A stretch of DNA of 24,000 bases from NCBI RefSeq assembly GCF_000987775.1, contig NZ_LAHO01000014.1, positions 1 to 24,000 on the forward strand, in the 5' to 3' direction. Positions 7,325-13,989 of this stretch are shown here, piece after piece (the first letter of the stretch is position 1; every line of letters starts with the position of its first letter). Below the pieces are notes generated by a model. It was given only the letters and a program-made list of their open reading frames with translations. It did no database searches and was not told the DNA's origin. A program made the position numbers and the translations under genes. The DNA comes from Arsukibacterium ikkense. Its GTDB lineage: Bacteria; Pseudomonadota; Gammaproteobacteria; Enterobacterales; Alteromonadaceae.

Positions 7325-7777
7325 TTAATGTTTTGCATGCAACTTCAATAGCTTAGAAAAAGCATCTCGTTTGATAGCATCTGCCAGATCATCTTTGCAA
7401 AAATACAATGCGGTGGCTGGCTGGCCAGGATGCGCTGCACCTACCATTTGTCCTGCTGCAGCAATGGCTGCCTGCTGATGATGCGCCTGCATTAAGCGCA
7501 GAATACTATTTTGTACCCGTTCAAGTGGCAGTAAACTGGCAAAAACGATTGGCATGGACGGTTTTATATGGCGAATTGCGGCCAATAACTCCTCTGCAGA
7601 TTGCGGCAGGGGGGATGTTATGGCAAGGGAAATGACTGCAGCATCGGCCTTAGCCAATTCATCATTTAGGGCATCCAGATTTAGCAAACGGTTAAATCTA
7701 AAGCCTTGCTCTTGTAGAAAAGGCGCCATTTCACTGACGATAAAAGGGTGCGGTCTGGCTAATAATATATGTGGCAT
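7325..7777 (-). CDS. hypothetical protein (150 aa), possibly a flavodoxin-like / degenerate receiver-like fold
   Basis: ORF track, with an AGGAAA SD. It is the first gene of the operon and ends 18 nt upstream of the HD-GYP gene. It shows an alternating beta-alpha pattern (HILLAR, AAVISLAI, PIVFASL) but lacks the phospho-acceptor Asp. Confidence 0.5.
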   Translation of the reverse strand: MPHILLARPHPFIVSEMAPFLQEQGFRFNRLLNLDALNDELAKADAAVISLAITSPLPQSAEELLAAIRHIKPSMPIVFASLLPLERVQNSILRLMQAHHQQAAIAAAGQMVGAAHPGQPATALYFCKDDLADAIKRDAFSKLLKLHAKH

Positions 7778-7871
7778 GCTTTTTCCTAACGTTGATTTCT
7801 AGTTGCAATGTGCCGCAAACTGCTTAGACTAAATTATTCATTAAGCTTAGGAAGTTCCGCTACTTATCACA

Positions 7872-8792
7872 ATGACCAAAACACCGGCCCTATCCACCGA
7901 AACACCCGAACCGCTGGAACAGCTATTAGCCCAGCTGGCATTTGGCTCAGAACTGCATTTCGAATCTGGTTTTTGTGATCATTGGAACTTGCTGACCAGC
8001 AAATCGAATAAGGCGGCGTTGCATGTAGTAACGGCAGGTACCTTATGGATGGCAATACCCGGTCGTTTGCATGAGCAGCTGCAGTTGCAAGCCGGTGATG
8101 CGATTTTCTTCAGCCACAGTTTCCGGCATTGGCTTAGCGATAAGCCGGTGGATGAACACACCACTGAAGTCGATTTTGCTAATTTTTGTGTACCCGACCA
8201 CTTAGAGCGCGGGCTGGTGTGTTACGACATTGCGGTCGAATCGCCGTTAACGGCTAATTTGTTTCAGGTGATGCCCGACTACATTCATTTGCCGGCCAGC
8301 CAGCAGTCCGGCCGGTTAAGCCCGTTAATTCAGCTGATCCGCGAAGAGGCGCAGGCGCGCCAGCCAGGTTATCAGGCGGCCATTAGCCGCTTAAGCGACG
8401 TGGTAGTGTTGCACTTATTACGTCAGGTGCTGAGTGACGACAGCATGCAACAGGGTTTGTTGGCCGCGCTGAAAGAGCCGGCACTGCGCCGGGTAGTGTT
8501 GGCTATTATGGATGAACCGGGCGCGGACTGGACAGTAGACAACATGGCGGCACTGGCGTTTTTATCAAAAAGCGCCTTTGCCGAGCGCTGCCATAAAATA
8601 ATGGATATGACGGCCAAATCGCTGCTGGACGAACTGCGACTGCAACGCGCCCGTTTCTTACTTATCCACTCCGAACTGAGCCTGGAGCTGATTGCCGAAC
8701 AAGTCGGTTACCAATCCGCCACGGCCTTTATCCGCTTTTTTAAACAACGCGAGCAGTTATCGCCCGGTGAGTTCAGAAGTTTGCACGCCTGA
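7872..8792 (+). CDS. AraC family transcriptional regulator with N-terminal cupin-like domain
   Basis: The C-terminal double helix-turn-helix is LAFLSKSAFAERCHKIMDMTAKSLLDELRLQRARFLL...IAEQVGYQSATAFIRFFKQREQLSPGEFR. The N-terminal cupin-like part includes LHVVTAGTLWM...GDAIFF. It is transcribed divergently from the 7777-3209 operon. Confidence 0.85.
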   Translation: MTKTPALSTETPEPLEQLLAQLAFGSELHFESGFCDHWNLLTSKSNKAALHVVTAGTLWMAIPGRLHEQLQLQAGDAIFFSHSFRHWLSDKPVDEHTTEVDFANFCVPDHLERGLVCYDIAVESPLTANLFQVMPDYIHLPASQQSGRLSPLIQLIREEAQARQPGYQAAISRLSDVVVLHLLRQVLSDDSMQQGLLAALKEPALRRVVLAIMDEPGADWTVDNMAALAFLSKSAFAERCHKIMDMTAKSLLDELRLQRARFLLIHSELSLELIAEQVGYQSATAFIRFFKQREQLSPGEFRSLHA

Positions 8793-8803
8793 ATCCAGAC
8801 GGT

Positions 8804-8826
8804 CCCCGCTCAGCAAAGCGGCGGGG
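8804..8826 (+). terminator. GC-rich hairpin (ccccgc-11 nt-gcgggg) 12 nt after the AraC stop codon
   Basis: The stem was read directly from the sequence. No U-tract follows it. Confidence 0.3.
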
Positions 8827-9018
8827 CCATGAACATTGCCGCCTTGGTGCCAACAAAGGAACAACCTGTCTATCAAGCACACGGGACAAATACGCCTTTG
8901 TCTACTGCAGTGAGCACGGTTTTGTGATAATCGGCTCCAACAGTCCATTGCCTGGCGTTTAGCGGACGGTTAGAGATACCCTGGAGTCCAGCTATGCAGA
9001 CATTCACAGGTTACATTG

Positions 9019-9873
9019 TTATATCCTCCGAAATGGATGCAGTAGTTGAGATAAGTAGCGAGTAGGATAATCGGGCTCTGTCGCAATACCCAGGTCATCA
9101 ACCCCTATCACCCGCTCAAAATCAAAATAGGCGGTACCCAGCACACGATCTGTCAAGGTTGTAAATAATCCAAAATTTACATTACCTTCAGCAGATGTAC
9201 GAAGGTGATGAAAGCGGTGCACTGAATTTATGGCGAGTATATATTTAAAGGGTCCTGCAAAATAGGCAACATTCGAGTGCTGTAGCAACAACTGTATGAT
9301 TACGGCTGTGGTCAGCAAAATTAACACATCCTGAGGGATACCGACAATGAGCAGCGGCGTTATACCTGCGATCGTTTCCAGCAATTGATGTAGCGGGTGT
9401 TTCATAAGACCATTGAATCCGTACATACGCTTCACACTGTGATGAACAGCATGTAGTTTCCAGAGAAGCGTCAGCCGGTGGCTGGCGTAATGAGCCAGAG
9501 TAATGCCGATGTCTGCTACTATCACCGCTAGCAGTAGCTGAACAGCGAGTGGCCACTCCAGCGGCCACCAGTTAACCACGGTCAGAGCACCAGCGATAAA
9601 CGGCAGCAAGCTTAAACCTATCAGATTCATAAGCTCGTTGTTCAGCGCATGCAGTACGTCACGTGCAGTGTCCTGTTGCGGGATGTTAAAGGTCTGATTA
9701 TATGCCACCCATCTTTCGGCAAGAAATGACACTCCGATCAACAATAATAATAATGGGATCAGCCAAATTTTGGGATAGCCGGCTGCGACGATATAGATCG
9801 CAATACCATTACCGCCAATCAACAAGGCTGGTAAGTATAAAACTTTCACTGCTACAGTGGTCAGATGCTTCAT
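9019..9873 (-). CDS. fatty acid hydroxylase / sterol desaturase superfamily di-iron membrane enzyme
   Basis: Three histidine boxes are present: HYASHR, HAVHH and HRFHH. The N-terminus is polytopic. Confidence 0.8.
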   Translation of the reverse strand: MKHLTTVAVKVLYLPALLIGGNGIAIYIVAAGYPKIWLIPLLLLLIGVSFLAERWVAYNQTFNIPQQDTARDVLHALNNELMNLIGLSLLPFIAGALTVVNWWPLEWPLAVQLLLAVIVADIGITLAHYASHRLTLLWKLHAVHHSVKRMYGFNGLMKHPLHQLLETIAGITPLLIVGIPQDVLILLTTAVIIQLLLQHSNVAYFAGPFKYILAINSVHRFHHLRTSAEGNVNFGLFTTLTDRVLGTAYFDFERVIGVDDLGIATEPDYPTRYLSQLLHPFRRI

Positions 9874-9910
9874 AAACTGAAACTCCTCAATGGTTTGAAG
9901 GAGTCAGTTT
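9874..9910 (-). promoter_or_regulatory. stem-loop in the mRNA leader that pairs with the SD sequence of the hydroxylase gene
   Basis: The minus strand reads AAACTGACTCCT-TCAAACCATTG-AGGAG(TT)TCAGTTT-ATG. This gives 12 paired bases with a 2-nt bulge. The 3' arm contains the AGGAG SD and ends at the start codon. Confidence 0.4.
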
Positions 9911-9949
9911 GCCTTTGAAAGGTTGCTCAGAATTGAACATAAGTGCTAT

Positions 9950-10702
9950 CTATGCAGAAAGAAGTTGTTTAATGGTAGCTGGACTGACACCAAATCCCTG
10001 CTTAACCGCACGGCAGAAATGTGCCTGATCTGAAAAGCCCGCTGCTAAGGCTGCATCAGTCAGTGACATTGTTCTTGATAATTCAAAACCGACAATTAGC
10101 TTCAGCCATTTTTTGTAGCTGCGTAGGGGTAAGCCTGTTTGTTTCGAGAACCAGTGCGAAAATCGGCTGGGAGAGAGATGCACCTGTTTTGCTAATGTAG
10201 CACGCGATGTATCCATGCCACAGGCAATGTCGTGTTTTAGGGTGTCCAAAATGTACTGCAGTCTGTTATGCATCTGTGACTGGTCAAGGTTGCCGTATAT
10301 CTGGCAAAACCGCTGAACCGAAACGTGTAAGTCGCCAATTCCGTTAAAAATTGTCATGCAACCCTCGACAAGTTGGTCACTCAAAGGGGAAAGCCTATCC
10401 TTTGGGGAGGCAAAATCTTGCAGCAACCCCGGACAACCAATGTGGAGTGGATCGATGTATATACATAGAACGTCAGCAGGATCTAACTGATGTGCCACCC
10501 CCGCAGGGATCAGAACGCCTTTATGATGAGCAGAGTAATCGCCTGAGCGTACACAGATGTCGTTATAAAAGCCAATGACGAGTTGATGTGCCCAATGCTT
10601 ATGGGGCGTGTTATCACCTGAAAGACCAACGAACACACCTATGCCAGCAGTTATCGCAGCAGAACCATGCCAACGTCTATTCAGTTGCGGTGTCTTATAC
10701 AC
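9950..10702 (-). CDS. AraC family transcriptional regulator
   Basis: The C-terminal helix-turn-helix region is LAKQVHLSPSRFSHWFSKQTGLPLRSYKKWLKL...AALAAGFSDQAHFCRAVKQGFGVSP. It lies upstream of, and on the same strand as, the hydroxylase gene. Confidence 0.8.
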   Translation of the reverse strand: MYKTPQLNRRWHGSAAITAGIGVFVGLSGDNTPHKHWAHQLVIGFYNDICVRSGDYSAHHKGVLIPAGVAHQLDPADVLCIYIDPLHIGCPGLLQDFASPKDRLSPLSDQLVEGCMTIFNGIGDLHVSVQRFCQIYGNLDQSQMHNRLQYILDTLKHDIACGMDTSRATLAKQVHLSPSRFSHWFSKQTGLPLRSYKKWLKLIVGFELSRTMSLTDAALAAGFSDQAHFCRAVKQGFGVSPATIKQLLSA

Positions 10703-10816
10703 TGTTATAACTCCCTGGCTCCCATGATTTGCGTTTCCTTTTATATTTAGAGTGACTTACTAGTAAATATAGTTAACGCGAGGCTGGCTCTTGCTTACGG
10801 CGGTGTAGCTCAAAAA

Positions 10817-11089
10817 CTAAGGACGTTTAGTGGATTCTTTACGCCCCTCTTCCAATCCCCGGCGATAAGCTTCCTCTTCACCAGGATGCTTGTCTGCGTC
10901 GTGACTGTGCCCGCCATGCCCCTTATGCATAAAGATGTGCATCAGTGGGCACAACAGAATAATCAAAAAGGGCAGATACGGCAGGACGTGTTCAGCGTGC
11001 TCCACAAAAATGAAATAGAGCGCGGCGCCGATAAGTGTAAGCGTGGCCAGTCCGTGCAGGCTGGTCCAGTATCCGGATTTATTTACCAT
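10817..11089 (-). CDS. DUF2933-like small membrane protein with His-rich tail
   Basis: Two TM helices are followed by MHIFMHKGHGGHSHDADKH. It starts 36 nt downstream of the P-type ATPase gene, which is a position I associate with this family. Confidence 0.6.
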   Translation of the reverse strand: MVNKSGYWTSLHGLATLTLIGAALYFIFVEHAEHVLPYLPFLIILLCPLMHIFMHKGHGGHSHDADKHPGEEEAYRRGLEEGRKESTKRP

Positions 11090-11125
11090 GATGACTTCTC
11101 CTTCTTCAACTCTGCGAATCGATGT

Positions 11126-13417
11126 TTAATTGCTGGGGGGCTTGCTTGCATTCAGCTTTACCCGCTTAAGTAACAGTGAATTACCAATCACTGACAGTGA
11201 GCTTGCGGTCATCGCCACCACACCGATCATCGGGTGCAGCAAACCGATAGCGGCGATGGGTATGGCGGCCATGTTGTAGGCGCTGGCCCAGATCAGGTTT
11301 TGCACAATTTTGCTGAAGGTGGCGCGAGAGAGGTACATGGCTTCCACCACACCGGTCAGTTCGCCGCGAACCAGCGTCACATCGGCCGCCTCAATGGCGA
11401 CATCGGCACCAGCGCCGATAGCAATGCCGACATTAGCCTGTTTCAGCGCTGGCGCATCATTGATGCCATCGCCCACCATGGCCACATGGTTACCGTGCTT
11501 TTTCTGCAGTGCACGGATTGCATCCACCTTGCCTTCCGGCAGCACACCGGCCTGCACTTCGTCGATGCCCACTTCCTCGGCAACGGCGCGCGCCGCGCGT
11601 TCGTTGTCGCCGGTAATCATCACCACATGCAGGCCCAACTCGTGCATGCCGCGAATGGCTGCGACCGATCCTGCCTTGATGGTATCGGCCACTGCGACAA
11701 TGCCACATGCTTTGCCATCTACAGCGACCAATACGGCGGTGCGACCACGTCCCTCCAGATCATCCAGCTCCTTGTCCAGGGCCTCCAGCGCTGTTACCCC
11801 TTCTTCGCTCAGTAACTTGCGGTTGCCAATCAGTACCAACGCTCCATCGACCTTGCCGGACACACCACGCGCGCCGGTAGAGCGAAATTCAGTTACCTCA
11901 CCAGGTGTCACATTGCGCTCGCCGGCACCCTCAACAATGGCGCGGGCAATCGGGTGCTCGGAGGCATTTTCCACCGTGGCGGCCCATTGCAATAATTGTT
12001 GTTCGGTCACGCCGTCAGCCGTGACCACTTCGGTCAGTTTTGGCTCGCCGCGGGTAATGGTGCCGGTTTTATCGAGCACCATTACCTTGATGTCTTTAAA
12101 GGTTTGAATGGCCTCGCCGGAGCGGATCAATATGCCTCGCTCGGCACCGATACCCGATCCCACCATCAGTGCGGTTGGCGTCGCCAGGCCCAGGGCACAG
12201 GGGCAGGCGATAACCAGCACCGCGATAGCGGCGAGAATGGCCAGCACCGGGGTGCTTGCTGTGGGGTTGACCCAGGGTAGGGTTCCTGCGGCCCATTCCA
12301 ATATTGGACGCAGACTGTCGGCGGCGACAAACCATACCACAAAGCTCGCCAGAGCAATCAGGATGACGATAGGCACAAAACGTCCGGTCATGCGATCGGC
12401 GAACTCCTGAATGGGTACCCGTGATCCTTGCGCCTGTTCAACCAGCTTGATCACCTGCGACAAAAAGGTATCGCCACCCACCTTAGTGGCCCTCACCCGC
12501 AATCGCCCCTCTTTATTGATGGTTGCGCCAATGACGGTATCGCCCGACGATTTATACACCGGCACCGATTCGCCGGTGGCAATGGATTCATCCAGATGGC
12601 TTTCACCTTCGACCACCTCGCCGTCTGTGGGCACCTTGTCACCAGGGCGGATCACCATAATGTCGCCTGGCTGCAGTTCCTTGACGGCAACGTCCTGCTC
12701 CTGACCATCGCGTTCGACCCGGGCGGTTTTAGCACCCAGCGTCAGCAACTTGCGGATGGCCTGGGAAGCTCGGCCCTTGGCCTTGGTCTCAAGATAGCGC
12801 CCCAATAGATGGAAGGTCATGATGGTGGCGGCCATTTCCATAAACGACGTCATGCTGACAAAAAAGCCTGCCAGTCCAATCAAATAGGGTGGAATACTGC
12901 CCATGGAGATCAGCACATCCATATTGAAGGTGCGGTTGGTCAGCGAGCGCCAGGTGGACTTGTGAGTGGCTGCGCCGCCGTAAAGAAAAACCACGGGAAA
13001 CGCCAGCAGTGTTACGATCAACAGATAGCCGGGAATGGGCTGCCAGAACATGTGGGGGATCATCAATAACATGATCAGGGTGGTGGGTATGCCGGCTATC
13101 CAGAGGCGCTGCAGGGCCTGGCTCAGGTAGGCGCTTTCAATATCAGCATCCTTTTCGGCAGCGTTATCGTCTGAGTCGGAACAGATCTGAGCGACATCGT
13201 AACCGGCTTTTTCTACGGCAGCGCGGATCTCAGCCAGGTTTAACTTGCCGGGATCATAGCTAGCCTCAACACGGTGAGCTGCGATATTGGTTGTGATCTC
13301 ACCCATGCCATCCAAGCGCTTTAGCGAGGTTTTTACAATACCCGCGCAGTGGTCTGATCCCATTCCTGGCAAAGTCAGTCTTGCCAGGGCTGTGATATGT
13401 TTTGTTTCAGCGCTCAT
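11126..13417 (-). CDS. copA: copper(I)-translocating P1B-type ATPase
   Basis: Motifs present are an HMA-like N-terminal domain, TGES, CPCALGLATP, DKTGTIT, GDGINDAP, AYNMAAIP and MTASSLSV (MxxSS). The start is set at the ATG at 13417, which is preceded by a GGGAGA SD. The ORF-track extension to 13729 overlaps the upstream gene in another frame. Confidence 0.95.
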   Translation of the reverse strand: MSAETKHITALARLTLPGMGSDHCAGIVKTSLKRLDGMGEITTNIAAHRVEASYDPGKLNLAEIRAAVEKAGYDVAQICSDSDDNAAEKDADIESAYLSQALQRLWIAGIPTTLIMLLMIPHMFWQPIPGYLLIVTLLAFPVVFLYGGAATHKSTWRSLTNRTFNMDVLISMGSIPPYLIGLAGFFVSMTSFMEMAATIMTFHLLGRYLETKAKGRASQAIRKLLTLGAKTARVERDGQEQDVAVKELQPGDIMVIRPGDKVPTDGEVVEGESHLDESIATGESVPVYKSSGDTVIGATINKEGRLRVRATKVGGDTFLSQVIKLVEQAQGSRVPIQEFADRMTGRFVPIVILIALASFVVWFVAADSLRPILEWAAGTLPWVNPTASTPVLAILAAIAVLVIACPCALGLATPTALMVGSGIGAERGILIRSGEAIQTFKDIKVMVLDKTGTITRGEPKLTEVVTADGVTEQQLLQWAATVENASEHPIARAIVEGAGERNVTPGEVTEFRSTGARGVSGKVDGALVLIGNRKLLSEEGVTALEALDKELDDLEGRGRTAVLVAVDGKACGIVAVADTIKAGSVAAIRGMHELGLHVVMITGDNERAARAVAEEVGIDEVQAGVLPEGKVDAIRALQKKHGNHVAMVGDGINDAPALKQANVGIAIGAGADVAIEAADVTLVRGELTGVVEAMYLSRATFSKIVQNLIWASAYNMAAIPIAAIGLLHPMIGVVAMTASSLSVIGNSLLLKRVKLNASKPPSN

Positions 13418-13437
13418 TTTTTCTCCCAGATGTCTAA

Positions 13438-13989
13438 TCAGCCAGGCTGTCGACGGCCGTGAATCGCGATTGCCAGCAAAGCAAGCACCGCCGCACCAAT
13501 AATGACCAGCATTGTCGTCGGTAAATAAAAGGTGGTATACACTTCCCAGCCCAGCAAACGCAGCACGTCTGAAACCATCGTAGGGTTGCCGATCAGATGG
13601 CCGCCCAGTGCGCCGGTGATGGCAAGTAAGTCGGCGCCCAGGATACCTAAACCAAGTATGATCCAGCGCGATACCCCGTGCCATAGCGTCTCGCCGTGCC
13701 GCCATGCAATAAACAGCAACATCGTCCAATAGCCCAGCGACCAGCTTGCCATCAGCAAGTGATTACGACCCAGTGGTGAGGCTGATAGCGCTTCGTACGG
13801 CCATACCAGAAAACCCAGCGCAAAGGTGATAGCGCCTGTCACAGCACCCAGTGCCAGTAGCGGCACCAAAACTCGGCCTAAATTGCGCGCCAACTGGCGA
13901 TCTGAAAAAACACGGATAACAATAACCAGCGTTGCCGTCAGCCACAGCGCCACCGGAAAGTGCGACATTACAGCATGATAAGGCCCCAT
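13438..13989 (-). CDS. DUF2231-like polytopic membrane protein
   Basis: The N-terminal motif is HAVMSHFPVALWLTA, and there are 4-5 TM helices. Its start overlaps the upstream stop codon (TAATG). Confidence 0.6.
   Translation of the reverse strand: MGPYHAVMSHFPVALWLTATLVIVIRVFSDRQLARNLGRVLVPLLALGAVTGAITFALGFLVWPYEALSASPLGRNHLLMASWSLGYWTMLLFIAWRHGETLWHGVSRWIILGLGILGADLLAITGALGGHLIGNPTMVSDVLRLLGWEVYTTFYLPTTMLVIIGAAVLALLAIAIHGRRQPG

Noticed and set aside
8793-9018. A 226-nt non-coding stretch, including ORF 8757-8948 (-), considered as a possible sRNA or gene remnant.
   Set aside because: It contains only short hairpins such as gacaaa-tacgcc-tttgtc. I could see no promoter and terminator pair and no coding signal. 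It more likely marks a junction between blocks.
11234-12808. Several long plus-strand ORFs inside the ATPase gene: 11234-11815, 11310-12107 (265 aa, Ser/Thr/Pro/Ala-rich), 11996-12280, 12108-12410, 12411-12704 and 12428-12808.
   Set aside because: They are antisense to a gene with unmistakable P-type ATPase motifs. Their composition is low-complexity and typical of the antisense frames of GC-rich coding DNA. None has a recognisable domain.
13418-13729. The ORF-track N-terminal extension of the ATPase (104 extra codons, start at 13729).
   Set aside because: It overlaps the DUF2231 gene in another frame and is Arg/Gly-rich junk. The ATG at 13417 has a GGGAGA SD and starts exactly at the HMA domain.
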